Shown piece by piece: positions 24,791 to 33,701 of a stretch of DNA of 51,366 bases. The stretch's first letter is position 1. The number at the start of each line of letters is the position of its first letter. Under the pieces are notes generated by a model. It did no database searches, was not told where the DNA came from, and saw only the letters and a list, made by a program, of their open reading frames with translations. The DNA is from an uncultured Gammaproteobacteria bacterium (GTDB lineage Bacteria > Patescibacteriota > Patescibacteriia > Patescibacteriales > JAKAJF01), in the NCBI GenBank assembly GCA_964360445.1, contig CAYHWE010000003.1, forward strand, positions 1 to 51,366, read 5' to 3'. The position numbers were made by a program, and so were the translations under genes.

Positions 24791-26245
24791 TTATAATTTA
24801 TTGATTGCATTTTTCATTCTCTCCAAACTTTCTTTCTTTCCTAGCACATCCGCGATTTCAAATGGTCCGGGAGAAGCTTTGCGTCCAGTCAAGGAAACGC
24901 GCATCGGCCATAAATAATCCCCTACTTTCAAATCCTTTGCCTTAAGATATGCCATTACCCTCTCTTCTATTGATGTTTTTATCCAATTTCCTTCCTGAAT
25001 TTCATTAAGCAGTTCGGCCATTTTTTCAAGATTGTTTTTCACTTCTTCTTTTGTTAATTTTTTCCAAATCAAAAGCTCGGATTCATATTCAATTTCCGAA
25101 AAGAAAAATTCAGTCCCCTCTTTGATATCTGACAGCTTTTTCATCCTTTCCTGTTCAAGCGCGACAACTTTTTTCAAAAAATCATCCCGTTTTTTCCTCT
25201 CCTCTGACGTTTTGGAAATATTTTCCGCCAGATAAGGCTTGCATAACGCAACCAATTCTTCCAGCGGCTTTTGTCTTATATAATACCCGTTAAAATAATC
25301 CAACTTTTCAACATCAAAAACAGCCGGGCTGATTCCGATATCCTCAATCCTGAATTTTTCTTGCATATCGGCCAATGACAAAATTTCGTTATCGTCTTTC
25401 GGATGCCAGCCCATCAGAACGCAAAAATTCAACAAACTTTCAGGCAGATATCCCTTGGCGCGATAATCCTCGACTGCGACATCACCCTGGCGTTTGCTCA
25501 ATTTTCCGCCTTCTTTGTTCAAGATAAGAGATAGGTGGGCGAATTTTGGCGCTTCCCAGCCAAAGGACTTATAAAGCAAGATATTTTTCGGAAATGAAGC
25601 GATCCATTCATCGCCTCGTAATACATGGGTTATTTCCATGAGATGGTCATCGACTACATTCGCGAATTGATATGTCGGGATGCCGTTTGATTTTATCAGG
25701 ACATGATCTTCCATGTCCGCGCATTTGAATGTGATATCTCCGCGCAATTCATCATGGACGACAATTTCTCCGTCCAATGGCATCTTTTGCCTGATCACAT
25801 ACCTTTCTCCGCCGCTAAGTCTTCCCAATACTTCTTCTTTGCTTAAATTACGGCAAATCCGGTCATATCTTGGCGCCTGTTTCTTTTCTTGCTGTTCTTT
25901 GCGCATGCTATCCAATCTTTCCGGCGTACAAAAACAATGATAAGCCTCATCCTTATCCAGTAACTCCTGGATGTATTTATTATAAATTTCGACTCTTTGG
26001 CTTTGTGTGTATGGACCGAAGCCGCCATCAATATGAGGACCTTCGTCAAAATTTATGCCTATCCAATCCAGTATTTTTATCAGATTTTCCACTGCTCCGG
26101 AAACTTCGCGTGATTGATCCGTATCTTCGATACGCAAGATGAATTTACCGTCCATGCTTTTTGCGGCTAAATATACGAATAAAGCGGTTCTTAGGCTGCC
26201 GATATGCAAATACCCTGTCGGAGATGGCGCAAAACGAGTTCTCAT
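24791..26245 (-). CDS. gltX: Glutamate--tRNA ligase
   Basis: MRTRFAPSPTGYLHIGSLRTALF (HIGH) and KLSKRQG (KMSKS) are present. The ORF opens with GTG at 26254, so the ATG at 26245 is preferred. Confidence 0.95.
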   Translation of the reverse strand: MRTRFAPSPTGYLHIGSLRTALFVYLAAKSMDGKFILRIEDTDQSREVSGAVENLIKILDWIGINFDEGPHIDGGFGPYTQSQRVEIYNKYIQELLDKDEAYHCFCTPERLDSMRKEQQEKKQAPRYDRICRNLSKEEVLGRLSGGERYVIRQKMPLDGEIVVHDELRGDITFKCADMEDHVLIKSNGIPTYQFANVVDDHLMEITHVLRGDEWIASFPKNILLYKSFGWEAPKFAHLSLILNKEGGKLSKRQGDVAVEDYRAKGYLPESLLNFCVLMGWHPKDDNEILSLADMQEKFRIEDIGISPAVFDVEKLDYFNGYYIRQKPLEELVALCKPYLAENISKTSEERKKRDDFLKKVVALEQERMKKLSDIKEGTEFFFSEIEYESELLIWKKLTKEEVKNNLEKMAELLNEIQEGNWIKTSIEERVMAYLKAKDLKVGDYLWPMRVSLTGRKASPGPFEIADVLGKKESLERMKNAINKL

Positions 26246-26285
26246 ATTTTCCACAAATTACAAATCTTTCCACAAATATACAAAT

Positions 26286-26465
26286 TTATGAGAAATAGAT
26301 TAATAAATATAAATTCAATAATAAAGACAATATCAAGCTAATACTAGCAATAATCAGGATAATTTTCAACTTTTTATTCCTTGCCTCTAAATCAACCCTT
26401 TCTTTGCTTAAGATGGCGTTGGTCAGGTCGTTTAATAGATAGATGTATTTTTTGAATTTGAGCAT
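26286..26465 (-). CDS. Candidate small membrane protein (59 aa), below the ORF-track cutoff
   Basis: MLKFKKYIYLLNDLTNAILSKERVDLEARNKKLKIILIIASISLILSLLLNLYLLIYFS has a C-terminal TM helix. I see no clear SD. Confidence 0.3.
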   Translation of the reverse strand: MLKFKKYIYLLNDLTNAILSKERVDLEARNKKLKIILIIASISLILSLLLNLYLLIYFS

Positions 26466-26486
26466 AATAAAAAATTTGTCATTAAA

Positions 26487-26951
26487 CTATTTTATCACTT
26501 CCTTAAATTTTTCTAAAAACACCTTAGTCGATTCGCGTCTGACAAAATGTATTTCTTCGAGCAGTCTTTCGCTATCGACCCATTTCCAGTCTTCATGGTC
26601 CCAGAATTTTATCTTGATATCATCGTTGTCGCCAAGGAATTCAGCTATGAATAACCCCTGTTTCTGTCCTTTGAACCCTGAGTATCTTTTGATCTGCGTT
26701 TTTATCATCTTGCCGAATTCATATCTGTGCATGTTTTTGAAGCTGGCAATCGTCTTGAATTTATCTGTTCCCAGCTCTTCTCTCAGCTCTCTCGCCCCCG
26801 CTTTTTCCAGTCCTTCTCATTCAGTGCCGCCCTGAGGTAGCTGCCAGTGCTCATATATATCTTTTATTTTTACAAGCAGGATCTTATATCCGCTGTCTTC
26901 CTTTTTATAAAGCATGCAGGCGACATTCGGTCTGTAAAAATGCGGCAGAAC
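26487..26951 (-). pseudogene. RppH-like Nudix hydrolase module fused in frame to the upstream GT26 gene and interrupted by one in-frame TGA (26817-26819)
   Basis: Read through, the sequence is FYRPNVACMLYKKEDSGYKILLVK...WQLPQGGTE[TGA]EGLEKAGARELREELGTDKF...GQKQGLFIAEF...WKWV. This parallels E. coli RppH (YRPNVGIV...[27 protein letters not shown]). The stop falls inside the Nudix box. Confidence 0.6.
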
Positions 26952-27710
26952 ATATTTCCATTTAAAAAATTTCCATGGGAAAATAATGACCGCATCCGCC
27001 ATCCTTCTCCATCGCCATGGCTCTAAAATCAATCTCCAGAGCCATTCCATCTTTATCGCTCTTATGAATCCTGGCGCTCTTTTCACTTTGCCGCTTATAA
27101 AATCAAGACTGCCTCCGACGCCCATTGCGATTTTTACTGACGGCATATTTTTCAGATTATGGTATATCCATTTTTCCTGTTTCGGATGTCCGAATGCCAC
27201 AAAAATTATATCCGGCTCAGCTTTATTTATGTCTCCTATTAACAGTTTATTTTTTTCTTCTCCGCGCAGCCACCCCCCCTCTTCCAATCCCCACTCCCCC
27301 TTTTTAAATCCCTCTTCGGCGCCGGCAATGATCAGATCGGGAAATATTTTTTTCAGATTAGCCGCGGCCGATTTTGCGACGCCATCTTCCCCTCCCAATA
27401 AATAAACTGATTTTTTTTCTTCTTCCGCGATCCGGCAGATATCATAAATAAGGTCTGATCCATGGATTACATCCACCCTGCCTCCAAGGATAATACTTGC
27501 TAAAGCCAGTCCGAAACCGTCGGCTATGGCCAGGCTGGAATTGTTCAGGATATAAAAAAACTCTTCGTCTTTTAACGCCCTGACAACGAATTCAGGATTC
27601 GGGGTGGTTATCTGATTCTGTCCGGAAGACAGGAAAAATCTTATTTTTTTAAAAATTTCCTCTTTCGGCAAAGTTGATATGTTTATTCCGGCTATATTTA
27701 TTTTATTCAT
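26817..27710 (-). CDS. WecB/TagA/CpsF family (GT26) glycosyltransferase; the ORF as called carries the first 44 aa of a Nudix domain at its C-terminus
   Basis: INIAGINIST...QITTPNPEFVV...LAIADGFGLALA...IIFVAFGHPKQEKWI...MGVGGSLDFISGKVKRAP...MEWLWRLILEPWRWRR is typical of GT26. Confidence 0.8.
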   Translation of the reverse strand: MNKINIAGINISTLPKEEIFKKIRFFLSSGQNQITTPNPEFVVRALKDEEFFYILNNSSLAIADGFGLALASIILGGRVDVIHGSDLIYDICRIAEEEKKSVYLLGGEDGVAKSAAANLKKIFPDLIIAGAEEGFKKGEWGLEEGGWLRGEEKNKLLIGDINKAEPDIIFVAFGHPKQEKWIYHNLKNMPSVKIAMGVGGSLDFISGKVKRAPGFIRAIKMEWLWRLILEPWRWRRMADAVIIFPWKFFKWKYVLPHFYRPNVACMLYKKEDSGYKILLVKIKDIYEHWQLPQGGTE

Positions 27711-27847
27711 TTATTTTACGCTGTTTTTTCTTATTTTTACGATTAATGCACATGATTTCCCCAGTTTAATCACTGTATTTTTGCAAATATAAGGTAAAAA
27801 TAGGCTGATATTGTTTTTTACGGATATTTAAATGATACTATAAAGCC

Positions 27848-27876
27848 TTGACCTTGGCAAACGAGTATGCTAAGTT
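27848..27876 (+). promoter_or_regulatory. Candidate promoter of the orphan gene at 27993
   Basis: TTGACC, a 17-nt spacer, then an extended -10 TGCTAAGTT. Confidence 0.35.
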
Positions 27877-27992
27877 TTGGTATCAAATAAAATTTAATTC
27901 AAGGAGGAAAAAATAGGGAGGAAAAATAAACGGATTGCTTATGCAATCTTTTGATTAAAAATAAAAAAATTTGATATAAGGGGGGCTTTTCT

Positions 27993-28526
27993 ATGTATGC
28001 ATCAACGGCGACAGCGATGGCAGTAGAAAATGAACGCTCAATAAATATAAAAAAGGGGCCGTTTTCGGACCTGGAAAAGCTCTTAGGGCTCGAGCGCGAC
28101 GATCTTGAATACAACTTTGATTCCGGAAGAGAGATGTCCATAAGGTATATATTGCCCTATGGGAAGAATATTAAGGGCAATCTTAAGACGATCCGCATCA
28201 TAGAGGTGGTCGGGTATATGGCCAGCAAGATCGTTTCCCAGCTCGGCGAGACTCTTTATCAGACACATGATGTATCAAAGATAAGGGGCGGATACAAGGG
28301 CATGATTCCCGACGGAAGCGTGCTTGAAATATCCGTCACTCTTCGAAAGAGCCTGGGGAAAAAAAACGGCAAGGCACCGCATATTTTTCGCTGCAAGGTG
28401 AAAAAGGCGGGTAATGAGGAGGTGTTTGCCGCTGTTTTTCAGCTTGATTGCTGGGTCAACATCAGTAATAAGCTGTTAAAAGCTGTAAACAAAAAAATAC
28501 AGAAACATCGGCGCTCTCTCATGTGA
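27993..28526 (+). CDS. Hypothetical protein (177 aa), no recognisable domain
   Basis: A GGGGGG SD-like run lies 7 nt upstream. The gene has its own promoter and terminator and a basic C-terminus. I could not assign a family. Confidence 0.6.
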   Translation: MYASTATAMAVENERSINIKKGPFSDLEKLLGLERDDLEYNFDSGREMSIRYILPYGKNIKGNLKTIRIIEVVGYMASKIVSQLGETLYQTHDVSKIRGGYKGMIPDGSVLEISVTLRKSLGKKNGKAPHIFRCKVKKAGNEEVFAAVFQLDCWVNISNKLLKAVNKKIQKHRRSLM

Positions 28527-28538
28527 GAGCGCCTTTTT
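28510..28538 (+). terminator. Rho-independent terminator
   Basis: The stem GGCGCTCTC / GAGAGCGCC spans the stop codon and is followed by TTTTT. Confidence 0.8.
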
Positions 28539-28576
28539 ATTAGCTTAAAAATCACATCATATGAACAAATTATCGC

Positions 28577-28605
28577 TTGACACCTATTTCCAGTTATACT
28601 ATCAT
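28577..28605 (+). promoter_or_regulatory. clpB promoter
   Basis: TTGACA, a 17-nt spacer, then TATCAT, immediately upstream of the CIRCE operator. Confidence 0.6.
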
Positions 28606-28609
28606 TTAG

Positions 28610-28636
28610 TTAGCACTCTCCTATTTAGAGTGCTAA
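28610..28636 (+). promoter_or_regulatory. CIRCE operator (HrcA binding site)
   Basis: TTAGCACTC-N9-GAGTGCTAA is a perfect match to the CIRCE consensus, 18 nt upstream of the clpB ATG. Confidence 0.9.
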
Positions 28637-28653
28637 GAAATAATTTATAAAAT

Positions 28654-31296
28654 ATGTTTGATAAATTTACCCATAAATCACAAGAAGCGATAATAAATGC
28701 CCAGGTCATAGCGCAGGATAATGGTCAGCAGCACATAGAAGCCGTCCACCTGCTCGCCGCATTGCTTGAGCAGCCGGAAAGCCTGGTTAAGCCGGTTTTG
28801 GAAAAAATGAACATATCCATCGCATCTTTGGAAAAAACGGTCTGGAATAAAATTGAAAAACTTCCGAAGGAAACTGCTTCTTCCGGCTCTAATATCGGGA
28901 TGGTGCAAGGAACCGCGGAAGTCGCTATGATTTTGGAACGCGCGAAAAAAGAAGCGGAAAAAATCGGAGATGAATTCATTTCCACCGAGCATCTTTTTTT
29001 ATCTTTAATCGGAGTAAAATCAAAAGCCCAGGAAATTTTATTGAACTTAAAAGTTGAATATGACGCTGTTTTAAAAATTTTAGCCGAACTGAGAGGATCG
29101 CAAAATATTACCGATCCTGATCCGGAATCAAAATTCAGAAGTTTGGAAAAATATACTTTAAATCTGACTGAGCTTGCGAGACAGAAAAAGATCGATCCTG
29201 TCATCGGCAGAGATGAAGAAATCAGGCGCATCATGCAAGTTTTAACAAGACGCACAAAAAATAATCCTGTTTTGATCGGTGAAGCCGGAACCGGCAAGAC
29301 CGCGATCGTTGAAGGTCTTGCGCAAAGAATCATCGCCGGCGATGTTCCGGAAACTTTAAAAAATAAAGAACTAGTCAGTCTTGACCTTGGCGCTATGCTT
29401 GCCGGAGCAAAATTCAGAGGCGAATTCGAAGACCGGCTAAAAGCGGTTTTGAAAGAAATAAAAGCGCACAGCGGGAACATAATCCTTTTCATCGACGAAC
29501 TGCATACTTTAGTCGGCGCCGGAGCGTCTGAAGGATCCATGGATGCTTCCAATATGCTAAAGCCTGCTCTGGCCCGAGGCGAATTAAGGACGATCGGCGC
29601 AACCACCACCCGCGAATACCAGAAATATATTGAAAAAGACCCCGCTCTGGAAAGACGCTTCCAGCCTATTTATGTTTCCGAGCCGAGCATCGAAGATACG
29701 ATCTCGATCCTGCGCGGAATCAAGGAAAGATATGAAGTCCATCACGGCGTCCGCATCACTGACGATGCTGTCATTGCGGCCGCAAAGTTATCAGCCCGCT
29801 ATATAACCGACAGATTCCTGCCGGATAAAGCGGTCGATCTAATCGATGAAGCGACTTCGTCTTTAAGGATGGAAATCGAATCAAGCCCGGCTGATCTGGA
29901 TAATTTAAAAAGAGAAATCAAAAGGATGGAAATAGAAAAAGCCGGATTGCTTCAGGATGTAAAAGAAAAAGGCGGACAGAAATTAAGAAATATCAACAAA
30001 GGATTGGGCGAGCTGAAAGAAAAAGCGAATCAATTAGAGCTGCATTGGAAAAATGAAAAAGAAGTCATCGCTAAGATCAGGAATTCAAAAAAGAAAATCG
30101 ATGAATTGAAAGCCCAGGCGGAAATAATCGAACGCAAGGGCGATGATCTGACCCGTGTCGCCGAGATCCGTTATGCCGAAATCCCGAATCTTGAAAAGGA
30201 CGTGAAAAAGGGAGAGGCTCAATTGGCTAAAATCCAGCGCGGCGGCCAGCGGATATTAAAAGAAGAAGTCGATGAAGAAGATATTGCTAAAGTCGTTTCA
30301 AAATGGACCGGCATTCCTGTTTCCAAGATGCTTGAAAGCGAAATCAAGAAACTGGCGAAGATAGAAGAAGAACTGAAAAAACGCGTTGTCGGCCAGGATG
30401 ACGCGATAAAAAGCATCGCCAACGCCCTAAGGAGATCCCGCGCCGGAATCAGCGAAGAAAAGAAACCGATCGGCTCCTTCCTCTTTGTCGGGCCTACCGG
30501 CGTCGGCAAGACGGAGCTGGCGAAGGCATTGACCGAGTTCATGTTTAATGACGAAGCGGCGTTGGTCAGGCTGGATATGAGCGAATTCATGGAAAAACAC
30601 AGCGTAGCCAAAATCATCGGCTCTCCTCCGGGATATGTCGGCTATGACGAAGGCGGTCAATTGACTGAACGAGTAAGGCGCAGACCGTATAGCGTCATAC
30701 TGTTCGATGAAGTCGAAAAAGCGCACCCGGAAGTATTCAATGTCTTATTGCAGATTTTAGACGACGGACGGCTGACAGATTCAAAGGGTCGTGTCGTGAA
30801 CTTTAAAAATACGATCATCATCATGACCTCCAATCTTGGCAATGAAGTCATCAAGGAGTACTCTATCGGATTTGCCGATCATGGCGATACAGAAAAAGAT
30901 GAAAAGAAAATGCGCGACGACGAGATGAAAGAAAAGATCGACCGCATCTTGCGCGAACACTTCAAATTAGAATTCCTGAATCGTATCGATGAAATCGTGA
31001 TATTCAAGAGCCTGACCAAGGACGCTCTGACGATGATCGTAAATTATGAAATCGCCAAAGTAGAAAAGAGGCTGAAGAATAAAGATATTACGGTAAAGAT
31101 CGCGAACAAGGTAAAGGCGATGCTTGCCGAAAAAGGATATGATGTAACATTCGGCGCTCGCCCATTGAAGCGGATAATCCAGAACATAATCCTGGATGAA
31201 TTGGCTCTCATGATCATCGAAGGATCGGTCAAGAATGGAGATACGGTAAATATAGACTTGGGGCTCAAAGATAAGATCCAGATGACGGTAAAATAG
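28654..31296 (+). CDS. clpB: ATP-dependent chaperone ClpB
   Basis: It has a Clp N domain, two AAA+ modules (GEAGTGKTA, GPTGVGKTE) and a long middle coiled-coil. Length is 880 aa. Confidence 0.95.
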   Translation: MFDKFTHKSQEAIINAQVIAQDNGQQHIEAVHLLAALLEQPESLVKPVLEKMNISIASLEKTVWNKIEKLPKETASSGSNIGMVQGTAEVAMILERAKKEAEKIGDEFISTEHLFLSLIGVKSKAQEILLNLKVEYDAVLKILAELRGSQNITDPDPESKFRSLEKYTLNLTELARQKKIDPVIGRDEEIRRIMQVLTRRTKNNPVLIGEAGTGKTAIVEGLAQRIIAGDVPETLKNKELVSLDLGAMLAGAKFRGEFEDRLKAVLKEIKAHSGNIILFIDELHTLVGAGASEGSMDASNMLKPALARGELRTIGATTTREYQKYIEKDPALERRFQPIYVSEPSIEDTISILRGIKERYEVHHGVRITDDAVIAAAKLSARYITDRFLPDKAVDLIDEATSSLRMEIESSPADLDNLKREIKRMEIEKAGLLQDVKEKGGQKLRNINKGLGELKEKANQLELHWKNEKEVIAKIRNSKKKIDELKAQAEIIERKGDDLTRVAEIRYAEIPNLEKDVKKGEAQLAKIQRGGQRILKEEVDEEDIAKVVSKWTGIPVSKMLESEIKKLAKIEEELKKRVVGQDDAIKSIANALRRSRAGISEEKKPIGSFLFVGPTGVGKTELAKALTEFMFNDEAALVRLDMSEFMEKHSVAKIIGSPPGYVGYDEGGQLTERVRRRPYSVILFDEVEKAHPEVFNVLLQILDDGRLTDSKGRVVNFKNTIIIMTSNLGNEVIKEYSIGFADHGDTEKDEKKMRDDEMKEKIDRILREHFKLEFLNRIDEIVIFKSLTKDALTMIVNYEIAKVEKRLKNKDITVKIANKVKAMLAEKGYDVTFGARPLKRIIQNIILDELALMIIEGSVKNGDTVNIDLGLKDKIQMTVK

Positions 31297-31300
31297 GTAA

Positions 31301-31324
31301 AAAGCCGGGGCATCCCCGGCTTTT
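31301..31324 (+). terminator. Rho-independent terminator after clpB
   Basis: AAAGCCGGGG CAT CCCCGGCTTTT. Confidence 0.85.
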
Positions 31325-31419
31325 CTTAATGTAAGCCAAAAAATAATCCCACCCAACCCCCGTTGTCAGGGAGATTTTTTTATTTGTCCAACTTCCTTAT
31401 TTATATTATAATTATAGAT

Positions 31420-32868
31420 ATGAAAAAAATCAGCAAGAAACTTTTTATAATAACATTCTGCGCGGCCGTCATCTTTTCATCGATGCCGAGGGGAGTATTG
31501 GCGGAAGGCTTTAATCCGAATTATATAATAAGCGACAATGAGATCCTTGATTACAATTCGATGAACCTTGAGAATATACAGGAATTACTTAAAAGCAATA
31601 ATAGCTATCTGGATTCCTATTCGACCCAGAATCCTGATGGCAAGACGATGACAGCGGCGGAAATAATTTACGATCGCGCGACTGTAAATAAAGTGAATCC
31701 TAAATTCATCCTGGTTTTATTGCAAAAAGAACAGAGCTTGATAGAAGAATCTTCTCCGAAACAAAGCCAGCTTGACTGGGCGGCCGGCTATGGATGCCCG
31801 GACGGAGATTCATGCAATACCCGTTGGAAAGGCTTCTGGAAGCAGGTTAACAGCGCTTCTCTCCAGTTCCGTGATTACATGGATAACCCGCATCTCTACA
31901 CCTATAAATCAGGCGGAACATACACATTCACCAATCCCTACTCGACAACCGTCAAAGATTCCGTTGTCGTTACGCCGGTAAATCAGGCGACAGCTTCTCT
32001 TTATAATTATACCCCGCATGTTTATAACGGCAATTTTAATTTTTATAAGATATGGCAGCGTTATTTCACGAAAAATTATCCGGACGGCTCTTTGATCCAG
32101 GCTCAGGGAGAGGCGGGAGTGTGGCTTATCCAAGACGGGAAGAAAAGGCCGTTCACAAGCAAGGGCGCTCTTACTTCAAGATTTGATATGAATAAGATCC
32201 TGTCCGTCAACAAGACTGATCTGGATAAATATGAAAAAGGAACACCGATAAAATTCGCCCAATACTCATTAGTGCGTTCTCCGAGAGGGACGATATATCT
32301 TCTGGCGGATGACAAGAAATATGGCATAGCGAGCCAGGATGCGTTCAAAAAAATCGGATTCAACAGGGATGAAGTCGTAACCGCAAGCTGGGAAGATATA
32401 GATTCCTATGCCGAAGGCGCGCCTATCACGGCTACGTCCACTTATCCGACAGGGGCGTTGCTGCAGAATAAGATGACCGGCGGCGTTTATTGGGTCATAG
32501 AAGGGAAAAAAGCCCCGATATGGGACAAGGCGTTCCTGAACACGAAATTCAAGAATAAAAAAATAATAAGAGTCGCTCAGACTGAACTCGATACTTATCC
32601 GACGACGGATCCAGTCTTATATGGCGATGGCGAACTATTGAAAGCGCCCTTATCGGCCGCTGTATATGTCATAACAGGCGGACAAAAGAAGCTGATCGCT
32701 TCCGGCAAGGTATTTGAAGATCTCGGCTATAAATGGTCCAATGTGATAACGGTAAACACTAAAGTGCTGCACCTCTATCCAGACGGAGAACCGATTACGA
32801 CGACAGAATCGTCATCTTCCTCATCAACAAGTTATACTCAGAATAATTCCCAGATTTCTCAAAGATAA
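31420..32868 (+). CDS. Secreted protein: N-terminal cell-wall-associated-like domain, four ~55-aa tandem repeats and a Ser-rich tail
   Basis: The signal peptide is MKKISKKLFIITFCAAVIFSSMPRGVLA. The NPKFILVLLQKEQSLIE block resembles domains seen in wall hydrolase-like proteins (from memory). The repeats are described in the findings. The ORF opens with TTG at 31363, so the ATG at 31420 is preferred. Confidence 0.65.
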   Translation: MKKISKKLFIITFCAAVIFSSMPRGVLAEGFNPNYIISDNEILDYNSMNLENIQELLKSNNSYLDSYSTQNPDGKTMTAAEIIYDRATVNKVNPKFILVLLQKEQSLIEESSPKQSQLDWAAGYGCPDGDSCNTRWKGFWKQVNSASLQFRDYMDNPHLYTYKSGGTYTFTNPYSTTVKDSVVVTPVNQATASLYNYTPHVYNGNFNFYKIWQRYFTKNYPDGSLIQAQGEAGVWLIQDGKKRPFTSKGALTSRFDMNKILSVNKTDLDKYEKGTPIKFAQYSLVRSPRGTIYLLADDKKYGIASQDAFKKIGFNRDEVVTASWEDIDSYAEGAPITATSTYPTGALLQNKMTGGVYWVIEGKKAPIWDKAFLNTKFKNKKIIRVAQTELDTYPTTDPVLYGDGELLKAPLSAAVYVITGGQKKLIASGKVFEDLGYKWSNVITVNTKVLHLYPDGEPITTTESSSSSSTSYTQNNSQISQR

Positions 32869-32912
32869 TGCTGAATTTTTTTATTTTTTATCTCTAATCT
32901 TGATCACCCTGT

Positions 32913-33701
32913 ATGTCTATCGTATTCTCAGCCATCGTTCCGCATTCCCCTCTTTTTATCCCTTCAATCGGCAAGGATAATTTGAAGCGGCTGAAAAGCA
33001 CGATCAAGGCGCTCGGCAAACTTGAAGAAGAGCTGTATGCGAGCCAGCCTGATACGATCCTGATTATCTCTCCGCATGGCGTCATCCAGCCGCATTCTTT
33101 CGGCATGAATCTGAGCCCTGAATATGATTGCGGTTTTGAGCAATTCGGCGATTTCAGCACGAAAATGCGATTTGCCGGCGATGTCGGACTAGCTTATAAA
33201 ATAAGGGAAAGGATGGAAACAAGAGCGCCGCTGCAGCTTATGAGCGAGACGGATCTTGACCACGGCTGCTCAGTGCCTCTATTCATGCTGGCATCGCATA
33301 TGCCGAATGTAAAAATAATCCCCATTTATTACTCCGGGCTTGATCTGGAGGCGCATTTTAAATTCGGCCAGCTTCTGCGCCGGGAATTGCTTGTGAATAA
33401 AACACGCGTCGCGGTAATCGCATCCGGAGATCTTTCACACAGCCTGACAAAAGAAGCCCCGGCAGGATATTCGCCGAAGGCTAAAAAATTCGACAAGAAA
33501 ATAATTGAGCTTTTATCGGAATGGAAGACTGCCGACCTTTTGAGTATTGATAAAAAAATATTGCGCGAGGTCAGCGAATGCGGCCTGAAATCAATCGTTA
33601 CCCTGACTGGCATACTGGACGGGCACAAGCACGAACCGCAGATACTTTCTTATGAGTTCCCTTTCGGCGTCGGTTATCTCACTATGGATTTTCGTCTTTA
33701 G
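32913..33701 (+). CDS. Class III extradiol dioxygenase (LigB) family protein
   Basis: SAIVPHSPLFIPSIG ... ILIISPHG ... DHGCSVPL ... IASGDLSH follows the LigB-type His/Asp pattern. Length is 262 aa. Confidence 0.65.
   Translation: MSIVFSAIVPHSPLFIPSIGKDNLKRLKSTIKALGKLEEELYASQPDTILIISPHGVIQPHSFGMNLSPEYDCGFEQFGDFSTKMRFAGDVGLAYKIRERMETRAPLQLMSETDLDHGCSVPLFMLASHMPNVKIIPIYYSGLDLEAHFKFGQLLRRELLVNKTRVAVIASGDLSHSLTKEAPAGYSPKAKKFDKKIIELLSEWKTADLLSIDKKILREVSECGLKSIVTLTGILDGHKHEPQILSYEFPFGVGYLTMDFRL

Noticed and set aside
26443-26835. A 130-aa plus-strand ORF.
   Set aside because: It is antisense to the Nudix-encoding frame, which has clear RppH-like similarity. The translation is Ser/Leu-rich low complexity.
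28725-29609. A 294-aa ORF on the minus strand (with other antisense ORFs at 28678-28992, 30219-30617, 30427-30726 and 30967-31356) inside clpB.
   Set aside because: It lies entirely antisense to a full-length, motif-perfect ClpB. The composition is S/A/P-rich and typical of shadow frames, and I see no start context.
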